DNA from: an uncultured Planctomycetaceae bacterium
Lineage (GTDB): Bacteria; Planctomycetota; Planctomycetia; Pirellulales; Thermoguttaceae
Direction of reading: 5' to 3'
Length of the DNA stretch: 42,377 bases
NCBI GenBank assembly: GCA_964414315.1
Contig: CAYPWB010000003.1
Coordinates: 1-42,377 of the forward strand
Shown here: one piece after another, positions 25,304 to 34,597 of the stretch
How positions within the stretch are numbered: position 1 is the stretch's first letter
Layout of the letters: every line of letters starts with the position of its first letter
Notes under the pieces: model-generated
What the model was told of the DNA's origin: nothing
Seen by the model: only the letters and a program-made list of their open reading frames with translations
Databases searched by the model: none
Program-made: the position numbers and the translations under genes

Positions 25304-28128
25304 TCGGCGTCGGCCCAGTTGTTGCCCCACTTCATATCGACCTTCAGGGGTACTCGCAGCGACAGGACTGCCGACATTTCCTCGCGAACGACTGCGGCGA
25401 TGGCGTCCTGCGCGTCCTCGGGAAACTCGAAGATCAATTCGTCGTGAATCTGCAGCAGCATGCGCGCCCGCAACCCTTCCCGCTGGATCCGGCGGCGGAC
25501 GGCCAGCATGGCCAGCTTGATCAGGTCGGCGGCCGAGCCCTGGATGACCGTATTGACGGCGGTGCGTTCGGGCAGGTTCTTTGCGCGGACGGCGTCGTGG
25601 CGAATCCCGGCGATGGCCCGGCGCCGGCCGAGAATGGTTTGCACGTAGCCCTGCTGTCGGCACTCGGTTAGTACTTCGGCAAAGAATCGCCCGACGCCGC
25701 AGTATCGGTCGAAATAGCCGTCGATGAACCGGGCGGCCTGCTCGTGGTCGATGCCCAGGCTGCGGGCAAGCCCTCCAGGGCTCTGGCCGTAGATGATGCC
25801 GAAATTGACAGCCTTTGCCTCTCGGCGCATCTTGGGCGTCACTTCGGCCAGGGGAACCCCGTTCACCTCGCCGGCAACCCGGGCGTGGATGTCTTCGTCG
25901 CGGGCAAACGCCTCGCACAGCCCCGGGTCGGCCGACAGGTGGGCCAGCACCCGCAACTCGATTTGCGAATAATCGGCCGCCAGCAGCAGCCAGCCTTCCT
26001 CACCGGGAACAAAGGCCGAGCGGATTTCACGTCCCTCGTCGGTGCGCACCGGGATGTTCTGCAGGTTCGGGTCGCTGCTGGAAAGCCGGCCCGTGGCCGT
26101 CACCACCTGGTTGAACGAGGCGTGGACCCGGCCCGTGACCGGATGCACCAGCTTCGGGAGGGCGTCGACGTACGTGTTTTTCAACTTTGCGTACTGCCGG
26201 TATTCGAGGATCTTCGCCGGCAGCGGGTTTCCCAATCGGGCAAGCTGTTCGAGCACGTCGGCATCGGTGCTCGGGCCTGTCTTGGGTGTCTTCTTCAGCA
26301 CCGGCAGGTTGAGTTCCTCGAAAAGCACCTGCTGGAGCTGCTTGGGCGAAGCGATGTTCAGCCGGCGCCCGGCAAGCTCGTAGATTTCCTCCTCGGTGGC
26401 GTCCATCCGCTCGCCGTAGCGGTGGCTCAGTTCGGCCAGGCGTTCGACGTCGATTTTCACCCCGTCGAATTCCAGTTCCACGAGCACTTCGATCAACGGC
26501 ATTTCCACTTCGGCGAAAAGCTTGGTGAGCCCGGCCTGTTCAAGCCGCTCGGTGAGGATGGGCCGCAGGCGCATCGGCACGACGGCGTCTTCGCAGGCGT
26601 ACTCCGCCACTCGGGCGACGGGCACTTCGTCCATCCGTCGCTGGTTCTTTCCCGAACCGATCAGCTCGCTCGTCTTGATTTTGGTGAAATCGAGGTAGCG
26701 CAGCGCCAACTCGTCGAGGCTGTGGCTGCGGCGGCCGGCGTCGAGCAGGTAGCTGGCTACCATGGTGTCGAACGCTGCACCCCGCAGTTCGACGCCCACG
26801 TTGCGCATCACGATCATGTCGTACTTGAGGTTCTGCCCGACCTTCTCGATCCGCTCATTTTCCAGTACGGGCCGCAGAGCGGCCAGCGTTTGCTCGGGAT
26901 CGAGGCACGGCTCGCCCACCGGCGACCGCACGGGAACATACCAGGCCTCCGTGCCGCTTGTGGCGAAGGAATACCCGACCAGTTCGGCCCATCGCGGCCA
27001 GAAGCTCGTGGTTTCCGTGTCGAAGGCGATGGTCGTTTGCCGGCCGAGCTTGTCGACCAGGGCGGCGAGTTTCTCCGGTGTGTCGACGATGTGGTACGTC
27101 GGCTTCTCCATCGGGTCTTTCGGGGCGATGGGCCGGCCGCCCAGGCCTTCGAGCTTCGCGACGATTCCACGGAATCCCAGCTCTTGAAACAGGTGGCGCG
27201 CGGCGGTCACGTCGATGCCGCCCACCCGGCCCGCGTGCCAGTCGACGGCCACGGGCACATCGCGTTTCAGCCGAACCAGTTCACGGCTGAGGAGTGCCTG
27301 GTCGCGGTACGTTTTCAGGTTCTCCTTCCGTTTCGCGCCCGAGATTTCATCGGCATGGTCAAGCACGGCATCGAGCGCGCCGAACCGTTGGAGCAGTTCG
27401 CGGGCGTACTTCGGGCCGATGAGCGGCACGCCCGGCACGTTGTCGCTCGAATCGCCCACCAGGGCCTGGAAGTCGACCACTTGCTCCGGGCCGATTCCCC
27501 AAACCTCGTGCAGCGATTCGCGGTCGATCACTTCATTCTTGCGGATGTTGTACAGCTTCACCCGGTCGGTGATCAGTTGCCGGCAGTCTTTGTCACCGGT
27601 GACGAGGAAGCACCGGCCGCCGCGCTGCTCGACCACGGCGGCCAGGGTGGCCATCACATCGTCGGCCTCGAACGACTCGCAACCGAGCGAAGGGATGCCC
27701 AGGGCAAGGATGAGCTGCTGCACGGCGCGGAACTGGGGCGCCAGGTCGTCGGGCATCTTGGCCCGCGTGGCCTTGTAGGCCTCGAACATCTCCTCTCGAA
27801 AGGTCTTGCCCGGCATGTCGAATGCGCAGAACAGATAATCGGGCTGCTTCTCCTCGAGCAGGTACAGCATATCGCGTGCGAAGCCGTACACCGCCCCGAC
27901 CGGCTCGCCCCGGGGGCTGGTCATTTCAGGCAAGGCGTGGAATACCTGGTAGATCAGGTTGTGCGCGTCGACGATCCAAACCGTCTGGCCGGCCAGGTCG
28001 TCCGGCGGCGGGGCGCCCTGGCGGCAAACGATCGGTTCGGTCGAGAACCCCCCCGGCGCCGCTTCGGCCGGTTTCGCGTCCGGTTCGTCGAACTCGGGAA
28101 ACGACGGTTGTTGCTCGTTGGAGACCAT
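25300..28128 (-). CDS. polA: DNA polymerase I (5-prime nuclease, 3-prime-5-prime exonuclease and polymerase domains)
   Basis: ORF 25300-28206 opens with GTG; I prefer ATG 28128 (MVSNEQQ...). The exonuclease I motif is IAFDTETTS. Polymerase motifs are LLAADYSQIELRVLAH, RREAKAVNFGIIYG and LLQIHDELIFE. The choice of start is uncertain. Confidence 0.93.
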   Translation of the reverse strand: MVSNEQQPSFPEFDEPDAKPAEAAPGGFSTEPIVCRQGAPPPDDLAGQTVWIVDAHNLIYQVFHALPEMTSPRGEPVGAVYGFARDMLYLLEEKQPDYLFCAFDMPGKTFREEMFEAYKATRAKMPDDLAPQFRAVQQLILALGIPSLGCESFEADDVMATLAAVVEQRGGRCFLVTGDKDCRQLITDRVKLYNIRKNEVIDRESLHEVWGIGPEQVVDFQALVGDSSDNVPGVPLIGPKYARELLQRFGALDAVLDHADEISGAKRKENLKTYRDQALLSRELVRLKRDVPVAVDWHAGRVGGIDVTAARHLFQELGFRGIVAKLEGLGGRPIAPKDPMEKPTYHIVDTPEKLAALVDKLGRQTTIAFDTETTSFWPRWAELVGYSFATSGTEAWYVPVRSPVGEPCLDPEQTLAALRPVLENERIEKVGQNLKYDMIVMRNVGVELRGAAFDTMVASYLLDAGRRSHSLDELALRYLDFTKIKTSELIGSGKNQRRMDEVPVARVAEYACEDAVVPMRLRPILTERLEQAGLTKLFAEVEMPLIEVLVELEFDGVKIDVERLAELSHRYGERMDATEEEIYELAGRRLNIASPKQLQQVLFEELNLPVLKKTPKTGPSTDADVLEQLARLGNPLPAKILEYRQYAKLKNTYVDALPKLVHPVTGRVHASFNQVVTATGRLSSSDPNLQNIPVRTDEGREIRSAFVPGEEGWLLLAADYSQIELRVLAHLSADPGLCEAFARDEDIHARVAGEVNGVPLAEVTPKMRREAKAVNFGIIYGQSPGGLARSLGIDHEQAARFIDGYFDRYCGVGRFFAEVLTECRQQGYVQTILGRRRAIAGIRHDAVRAKNLPERTAVNTVIQGSAADLIKLAMLAVRRRIQREGLRARMLLQIHDELIFEFPEDAQDAIAAVVREEMSAVLSLRVPLKVDMKWGNNWADAE

Positions 28129-28291
28129 GTCGGATGGTTGTACCCCAAGGGCAACGCCCAACCAAGGGGGGCCGCATTGCGGTCTTCCGGGCCTGTTGGA
28201 GTTCACGCTTCAGCGAACGAACGGAACGCGCCGGCCAACACACACACTCGGTTCCGAAGCGGCGTCGAGCCGCCCCGCTCCAATGAAGAAC

Positions 28292-29104
28292 TTACCCGGC
28301 TTCGGAGCTCTCCGCCCTCGACAGCAGGGCAATGATCTCCCGGCTGGCCTCTTCGACCGATTTGCCGGTGACATCGACGGTTTGCCAGCCGTGCCGGCGG
28401 ACGATTTGCCGGGCGTATTCGAGTTCGCGCCGCACGCGGTCGAGTGTGGCATACGATTCGACCGGGATGCCCGTCCGCTCGGCCCGAACGCGGCGCAGCT
28501 CCAGCAGACGCTCGGGCGACATGCGCAGGGACACGATACGGCGAGGGGGGACCTTCAAGAGTGGGTCGGGCGGGGGCATGTCGGGAATGAGGGGCACGTT
28601 TGCGGCGAACCAGCCGCGGTAGGCCATGTACAGCATGGTGGGCGTCTTCATCGCGCGCGACACGCCAACCAGCACCACCTCGGCTCGCTCCAAGTCGTCG
28701 ACTCCCTGGCCGTCGTCGTGGTGGAAGGCGAAGTCGACGGCCTCGATCACGCGGTCGCGGGCCTCCTGGAGCTGCCGGAACAGGCCGGGCTTCTCTTGCG
28801 GCAGGCGACTGAGGTGGGTGGCCAATCGCTCGAGCACGGGACCGAGCACATCGAGCGAGTCGACGTCGTGGCGCCGGCATTCCTCGAGCACCAGACGGCG
28901 GAGCGGCGTCGAAACCAGGCTGTACAGCAGCAGCGCCCCTCCGCCCGCCGCCTCCTGGATCACCTGGGTTGCCTCAGCCTCCGAACGGGTGTTGGCGCGG
29001 CGGACGATCCTTACCGGCGCATCTTCGAACTGCGCCAACGCCGCCCGAACCAGCCGGACCGCCGTTTCGCCCGTCGAGTCGGATAAAATATAGACGTTCA
29101 GCAT
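28292..29104 (-). CDS. ppsR: Pyruvate,phosphate dikinase / PEP synthase regulatory protein (kinase-pyrophosphorylase, DUF299)
   Basis: 270 aa. Motifs present: VYILSDSTGETA, VVLVGVSRAMKTPTMLYMA, TVDVTGKSVEEAS. Confidence 0.85.
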   Translation of the reverse strand: MLNVYILSDSTGETAVRLVRAALAQFEDAPVRIVRRANTRSEAEATQVIQEAAGGGALLLYSLVSTPLRRLVLEECRRHDVDSLDVLGPVLERLATHLSRLPQEKPGLFRQLQEARDRVIEAVDFAFHHDDGQGVDDLERAEVVLVGVSRAMKTPTMLYMAYRGWFAANVPLIPDMPPPDPLLKVPPRRIVSLRMSPERLLELRRVRAERTGIPVESYATLDRVRRELEYARQIVRRHGWQTVDVTGKSVEEASREIIALLSRAESSEAG

Positions 29105-29135
29105 GATCGATCGGCCTTCGTGGTGACGGAAACGT

Positions 29136-30065
29136 TCAGTTCGATCTGTATTCCGATGCTCGGTCCACGCGGCGCGCCAGTTCGCTCGTGTAACGGCGGC
29201 CCAGCGTGTCCCTATGGCGGTCCATCCACTCGGTCAGTTTCGTGGCGCCCAGGGGCGGGGCGTCGACGTACAGGCGGCCTTCCATCAGGCCGCGGATTTC
29301 CTGGCGAGTAATGACCACGTCGCCCACGAACCGTCCGACCAACCGGCACGCCCAGTAACCCAACTCGGGCGGCACGGCGATGATCGGACGCCTGACGCCG
29401 ATCGCACGCCCGACGGCGGCAACCAATTCCCGGTAGGTGAACGTTTCCGGACCGATGGCTTCGAGAATCTCATCCTGCTCGGCGTCCGCCTTTTCTGCCG
29501 CGGCCCGGGCAAGATCGTCCACGTAGATCGGCTGAAGCCTGTAATCGCCGGCGCCGAACACGCCCATGACGGGAAGATGGCGGAGCGACCATGCGATATT
29601 GTTGATCAGCACGTCCTCCTTGCCGAACAGGACGGTCGGCCGCAGGATACAATACGAGACGCCCAATTTCTGAAGCGTCGCCTCGAGTTCCGCCTTTCCG
29701 CGAAAGTACGGCAGGTCCGATGCGATGTCGGGGTTGGTGATGCTCACGTGCACGATTCGCCTCACCTCGGCTTCCTTGGCCGCAGAGAACAGGGTTCGCG
29801 TGTTCGCAACCGCTTGCTCGTGCGTGAATAGCCGGTGGTCGAACCGTACCCAGTACGTATTGATCAGTGTGCGTACGCCGCGCAAGGAGTCGCGCAGTTC
29901 GTGCGGCTTGTCGAAATGGAAGGGACGCGCCGCCACCTTCTCGCCGAACGGGTTCGGCCGGTTCACCGAATTCGTGAGCGTGACGACCTCGTGCCCGGCC
30001 TCAAGCAGCCGTTTCGCGATATAGCGGCCCGAGTATCCGAACGCGCCGGTCACTGCGATGCGCAT
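29136..30065 (-). CDS. NAD(P)-binding epimerase/dehydratase-family (NmrA/NDUFA9-like) protein
   Basis: ORF 29136-30107 trimmed to ATG 30065. MRIAVTGAFGYSGRYIAKRLLEAGHEV is a Rossmann GxxGxxG motif. Confidence 0.8.
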   Translation of the reverse strand: MRIAVTGAFGYSGRYIAKRLLEAGHEVVTLTNSVNRPNPFGEKVAARPFHFDKPHELRDSLRGVRTLINTYWVRFDHRLFTHEQAVANTRTLFSAAKEAEVRRIVHVSITNPDIASDLPYFRGKAELEATLQKLGVSYCILRPTVLFGKEDVLINNIAWSLRHLPVMGVFGAGDYRLQPIYVDDLARAAAEKADAEQDEILEAIGPETFTYRELVAAVGRAIGVRRPIIAVPPELGYWACRLVGRFVGDVVITRQEIRGLMEGRLYVDAPPLGATKLTEWMDRHRDTLGRRYTSELARRVDRASEYRSN

Positions 30066-30113
30066 GGCGGTGTTTCCCTTCGATGGCGGCCGCCCATCTT
30101 TCGGCAAACCTGG

Positions 30114-30512
30114 TCAAAGCAATACCCGAAACCCGGCTTCGGCAAAATGATGGTCGGTTGTCAGCGCATCTGTAAGCCGTCGGGCTTTCATCAGCCGAAA
30201 CGAGGTACAATCGGTAAGGGACCATTCCTTGTCCACCCGCCGCACATAAAGCTGGAATGCATCCAGGAATGGTATGGTGTCCGGTCCGGCAATCTCGAAC
30301 CGGCTCTCATCGTACAGAGCGCGTACAAGACGACCAAACAGACGCCGATCCGGCCCCTCCGCAAGGAAGTTGCCCAGTTTCGCCAACACCCATTCTGACG
30401 TGAGGATTCGTTCGGTCGATTGAGCCATGTATTCAACGGCCCGCTCGTGCGCCAAATCGCGATTACTCAAGTAGGCGACGAAGAACGAGGTGTCGGCGAA
30501 GAACACGGTCAT
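30114..30512 (-). CDS. vapC: PIN-domain toxin VapC
   Basis: 132 aa. The acidic PIN residues lie in FFADTSFF, TSEWVLAKL, SLTDCTSF and LTTDHHF. The start overlaps the upstream antitoxin stop as ATGA. Confidence 0.85.
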   Translation of the reverse strand: MTVFFADTSFFVAYLSNRDLAHERAVEYMAQSTERILTSEWVLAKLGNFLAEGPDRRLFGRLVRALYDESRFEIAGPDTIPFLDAFQLYVRRVDKEWSLTDCTSFRLMKARRLTDALTTDHHFAEAGFRVLL

Positions 30513-30745
30513 CGCTTGCGGTGTCCGTAGAGGTAGTGGTCGACATTGCGCGACGCATCCGGCGGAATGCCTTGAGCCTTACCCGCCAGCCGTAGCAGCT
30601 TTGAACTGACAGACGACTTCCCACGCATCGCGTCGGTATCGCGGGCCCCAGCAGCGAGGGGGCGCACGCTTACCACCGTTCCCTCGGGCAGTGCCTGAGG
30701 ATCGTCCAGGAGTATGATGCCATGTTGAACTCGACCGCGAATCAT
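30509..30745 (-). CDS. VapB-like antitoxin
   Basis: 78 aa with a GAGGAGGG Shine-Dalgarno. It has a 4-nt overlap with vapC. MIRGRVQHGIILLDDPQALPEGTVVSV is beta-barrel/AbrB-like. The call rests mainly on context. Confidence 0.65.
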   Translation of the reverse strand: MIRGRVQHGIILLDDPQALPEGTVVSVRPLAAGARDTDAMRGKSSVSSKLLRLAGKAQGIPPDASRNVDHYLYGHRKR

Positions 30746-31119
30746 GTTGACTCCCTCCTCTTCACGCCATTAGAACACCCGCCAGCCCGAATGGCAAGTG
30801 CCGTGGCAAGGAACTGTCCCCTCCGGCTACACCGGAAGAGACAGAGGGAAGACGGGACGGGTCCGATTTGCCGGAACTGCCCGCAGGGTGCTTCGCACAA
30901 ATCAGGCATATCCCGCTTTGCCCGCACCGTCGCTCCGCGAACAGTTGGTTCCCCACGAACCACCACCGGATAAAAATGTAAGCTATGCTTCAGTTGGGCT
31001 GCTTCGGCCCCTTTCGCCTCAGCGGCGGGCGGCCCCTTTTCAACTCGGCGGCTCCGCCGGTACGGCGCCGTGTCGGCCCCGGCAATCGCTCCGAAACCGC
31101 TTTTCAGGGAGACGTGCTT

Positions 31120-31545
31120 ATGGATCACGATCGTTGCCCGGACGGCGCCTGCGCGGTGGCCCAGCGCCGCAGAACGCCGAAAGTCCTGTGCGTCGATGAC
31201 GACCCGAACGTGTCGGAGGCCATTGCCAGGGCGTTCTCGCGGCATGGGCTGCGGGTGCTCCGGGCGTTCCACGGCATGCAAGGCCTTTGGCTGGCCGCCA
31301 GCGAGAAACCCGACGCCATCGTGCTCGACTTGGCCATGCCCAAGGGATCGGGCGAGGAAATCCTCGAATGCCTCAAACGCAACCCCGACACCGCCCATAT
31401 TCCCGTCGTCGTGCTCACCGGCAAGCACGACCCAGGCCTCGAACGCCACATCCGCCGCCTCGGCGCCGATCGGTTTCTGGCCAAGCCGGTCCCGGCCGAC
31501 ACGCTGCTCAGCGAGATCAGTTCTCTGATCGACGGCTTGGCATAA
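31120..31545 (+). CDS. Stand-alone response-regulator receiver protein
   Basis: ORF 30985-31545 trimmed to ATG 31120. The receiver has the acidic pocket VLCVDDD, the phospho-acceptor in AIVLDLAMP, the Thr in VVVLTG and the Lys in FLAKP. Confidence 0.85.
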   Translation: MDHDRCPDGACAVAQRRRTPKVLCVDDDPNVSEAIARAFSRHGLRVLRAFHGMQGLWLAASEKPDAIVLDLAMPKGSGEEILECLKRNPDTAHIPVVVLTGKHDPGLERHIRRLGADRFLAKPVPADTLLSEISSLIDGLA

Positions 31546-31631
31546 ATGGCGTCCAGGCGCGGGTAGGAGAATTCGGGGCAGAAACAGGGCCTTACGGGGC
31601 CTGCTCGCCCGTCGGTTTGCCGCGATTGGGG

Positions 31632-33344
31632 CTACCGCTCGCGCCCGGACCGGATCAGTTCCATGAGATCGACCGGCTTGCCGCGCTCGGGAATGTGGAC
31701 GCTCCGGCGGCCTGCCTCGCGAAGTTGAGCCGCCCGCAACTGGAGTTCCTCGGCCCCTCCGTGGACCAGCAGGATGGGCGCCGAGGGGGCGATGTTGCCG
31801 AGCCATCGGTCGATATCGGTCGCATCGCCGTGCCCCGAGAAGCAACCGAACGAGTGGACCGTCGCGGCCACGGGCGTCGGCTGCCCGTCGATCCTTAGTT
31901 CGTCCACGCCCGCCTTCAATTGCCCGGCAGCGGTGTGCGGGTCGGAGTAACCTACCAGCAGCATGGTGGTCGATGCCTCAGGCAGCAACGCGCGGAGCAT
32001 GGCCCGCATCCACTCGGTGTAGGTGATGTCGCTTGTGGAAATGAGGATGCACGGCCGGGGAAGCTTGGCAGGGGAGGGCACCGTGGTAACGATTTCGCGA
32101 GGCGAGAAGGCTTCGGCATTCTCGGCCACGTCATCGCGGAACCATCCGGCCTGCCGGTTCTCGCGGTAGATGCCCGTAATGTCCTTCGCGGTGGGCGAGG
32201 GGCAGTAGATGGGAAGCGACTCGGGCAGCAGTCGCTCCTCCTGCGCAAGCCGCAGTTCGTACAGGATGCGCTGGGTCCGGTCGAGCGCGAAGCAGGGAAT
32301 CCACACGACGCCGTCCCGGCCGACCGCCTCGCCCACCCGCCGGCGAAACTGCTCGCGCTCGCCGCGCACGCCCGGCTCGCGCCGCGTGTCTCCGTAGGTG
32401 GCCTCGGCAAACACGGCGTCGACATTGGGGGCAGGCTTCGGGCCGGCGAGAACGGGCGACAGGTCGCTTCCCAAATCGCCGGAAAACAGGACTCGCCACT
32501 GCTCGCCGTCGAGTTCCACCTCGAGCACCACGCCGGCCGAGCCCGGAATATGGCCTGCGTCGAGCAGCCCGGCCCGCACGCCGGGCGCCAACCGGATCGG
32601 CCGCTCGTACTCGATTGGCCGTACCTGGCGCAGGATGGCGCCGACTTCCGCCTGGATGCACTCGCGGCACAGCCGGGGCGTCACGGACCGTTCGAATTGG
32701 GCAAGCCGTCCGTCCAGGTCGGCCGCGTTGCCCGTTTCGGTGACCAGGTTGTGGGGGGCAATGCTTTGGGCGAAGCGGCAGTCGCGCCAGTGGATGGTCA
32801 GGTGCCGCCCGGTCCGCTGCGCTTTCGCTCGTGACCGCTCCGACCACGCCCAGATGCGTTCCTGCTGACGGTCGAATCGTACGGCGGCGCCGAGCATCGG
32901 TTCGAGCAGGCGCGTGGTTGCCGGCGTGGCGAGAATCGGCCCCCGGAAGCCGGAGTTCACCAACAAGGGCACACGTCCGCAGTGGTCGGAATGAGCGTGG
33001 GTCAAGAGCAGGGCATCGACCGCAGCCGCGTCGACGGGCAACGTCGCGGAAAGCTGCTCGGCCTCGTATTCAGCTTCGACCCCTTCGCCGTCGGGGAAGA
33101 ACGCGCCGCAATCAACCATCCACCGGCCGCTGCCCGTGTCCACCACGAAGAGCGAGCCGGAAACGCGTCCGGCCGCGCCCCAGCAGGTGACCACGAGCCT
33201 GGTTGGGAGCGCGGTCACACTCCGCACGCCCCCAGGCGGCAAGACCGGTTGCGGCTCTTGCCCGGCCCCGGGAAGTGCCAAAAACGTCAGTACGGCCAGC
33301 AGCACTTTCGCCGGCACGAATCGTCGAATCGTCGTTGCCGTCAT
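31632..33344 (-). CDS. Metallo-beta-lactamase-fold hydrolase of the beta-CASP type, with N-terminal signal peptide
   Basis: 570 aa with an AAGGAGG Shine-Dalgarno. MBL motifs are LLLTHAHSDHCG, LLDAGHIPGSAG and VLFSGDLG. Beta-CASP-like motifs are VFAEATYGD, ALDRTQRILYEL, FSGHGDATD and LLVHGG. The N-terminus is MTATTIRRFVPAKVLLAVLTFLALPGAGQE. Confidence 0.8.
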   Translation of the reverse strand: MTATTIRRFVPAKVLLAVLTFLALPGAGQEPQPVLPPGGVRSVTALPTRLVVTCWGAAGRVSGSLFVVDTGSGRWMVDCGAFFPDGEGVEAEYEAEQLSATLPVDAAAVDALLLTHAHSDHCGRVPLLVNSGFRGPILATPATTRLLEPMLGAAVRFDRQQERIWAWSERSRAKAQRTGRHLTIHWRDCRFAQSIAPHNLVTETGNAADLDGRLAQFERSVTPRLCRECIQAEVGAILRQVRPIEYERPIRLAPGVRAGLLDAGHIPGSAGVVLEVELDGEQWRVLFSGDLGSDLSPVLAGPKPAPNVDAVFAEATYGDTRREPGVRGEREQFRRRVGEAVGRDGVVWIPCFALDRTQRILYELRLAQEERLLPESLPIYCPSPTAKDITGIYRENRQAGWFRDDVAENAEAFSPREIVTTVPSPAKLPRPCILISTSDITYTEWMRAMLRALLPEASTTMLLVGYSDPHTAAGQLKAGVDELRIDGQPTPVAATVHSFGCFSGHGDATDIDRWLGNIAPSAPILLVHGGAEELQLRAAQLREAGRRSVHIPERGKPVDLMELIRSGRER

Positions 33345-33417
33345 TCTGGACCTCCTTGGTTAGCGATCGGGCGCGGAACGGGCATGTCGCTGGATTCGCA
33401 ACCTGCCCCGTTGGAGT

Positions 33418-33470
33418 TCACGCTTTAGCGTGCGAACAAATATGGGCTATGTTTGCGCGCTAAAGCGTGA
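33418..33470. repeat. 53-nt near-perfect hairpin between the DUF1559 gene and the beta-CASP gene
   Basis: TCACGCTTTAGCGTGCGAACAAA pairs with TATGTTTGCGCGCTAAAGCGTGA over about 22 positions. This includes 2 wobble/mismatch positions and 1 mismatch, around the loop TATGGGC. Confidence 0.6.
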
Positions 33471-33516
33471 CCTCCAGCAACGACGGACATGTGGCTATTC
33501 TCATGGACATTGCAAC

Positions 33517-34479
33517 TCACTGCGGCACCTGGACCGCTTGTCCGTCGGCTTTGGAGCCCAACTGACGGAACAGCAGGGTGTTGATGTTCTCGCTGATGAA
33601 ATGGACCGACCCGTCGGCCATGCCGAAGCCGGCCCCGCCCGTGTGTTCGCTGCCGGGCGATTCGAAGAACAGATTGTTCATGCCACCCGTCTGGTAAATG
33701 CCGCCGATTTCGTTGTCGTTGGTCGAAAACAGGCTTGCCGAGCCGCCTACGGCCCACCCGTCCTGGCTTCGGCGCTGGTCGGTCGTGCCTCGCAAACGCT
33801 GGAGTTCACCGGTCATGATGGTGTTGGTGGTGCCGTCCTGGATGGCCGTGAAGCGGGTGCGGCTGTTCGGCATGAAGACGCCGGCGCGCTCGCTTCGCTG
33901 CCAGTGTTCCGCTGCCGGCGCCGATTGCGTAAAGGCCTTGTTGCCGGTGTTCACCCAGCCGTTCCCGCCGCCGATGCAACCACCGTAGTCGGTCCCGCCG
34001 CCCGTCCAGCTCGTATTGCGCAAGCCCGGCTGGTCCTGCGCGCGGACTCCGCTCCGGCGGCTCGGGCAATAGAAGCAGGGAATGTCGGTTTGCGCCGGGG
34101 CCGCGTTGCCCGAAACGCTGGTGGTGAAGTCCCATTGGGCGTACACGGCGCCCTGTTCCAAGAACGGCAAGAGATGCAGCATCCAGCTTGTGCCGTGCCC
34201 GCCGACGGCGGTCTGGTTGGCTTCGGTCCAGGGATCGTAGCCGGGCGGGGTGCCGGTGGCCACGATGCATCCCGGCGGGAACACTCGCAGTGCCTGGGCG
34301 TAGTTCTGCAGCGCCAGGCCGAGTTGCTTGAGGTTATTGGCGCATTGCATCCGCCGTGCCGCCTCCCGCGCACTCTGCACGGCGGGCAACAACAGGGCGA
34401 TAAGGATGCCGATGATGGCAATGACCACCAGCAGCTCCACGAGGGTAAAACCGCCGGAAATGCCCGCTTTTCGACGCAT
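33517..34479 (-). CDS. DUF1559 protein with prepilin-type N-terminal cleavage/methylation signal
   Basis: 320 aa. [48 protein letters not shown] is the N-terminal signature. The C-terminal motif is [21 protein letters not shown]. Confidence 0.9.
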   Translation of the reverse strand: MRRKAGISGGFTLVELLVVIAIIGILIALLLPAVQSAREAARRMQCANNLKQLGLALQNYAQALRVFPPGCIVATGTPPGYDPWTEANQTAVGGHGTSWMLHLLPFLEQGAVYAQWDFTTSVSGNAAPAQTDIPCFYCPSRRSGVRAQDQPGLRNTSWTGGGTDYGGCIGGGNGWVNTGNKAFTQSAPAAEHWQRSERAGVFMPNSRTRFTAIQDGTTNTIMTGELQRLRGTTDQRRSQDGWAVGGSASLFSTNDNEIGGIYQTGGMNNLFFESPGSEHTGGAGFGMADGSVHFISENINTLLFRQLGSKADGQAVQVPQ

Positions 34480-34597
34480 GGCACGTCCTCGTCGTCTCAG
34501 GGGCCGGCCTCGGCCGGAACGGCTCTGCCGCGGCTTGAGGACTGGAGCGAACTCCAGTTACCCCATGCCGCTGCTGGCACATCCTACCACCTGACAG

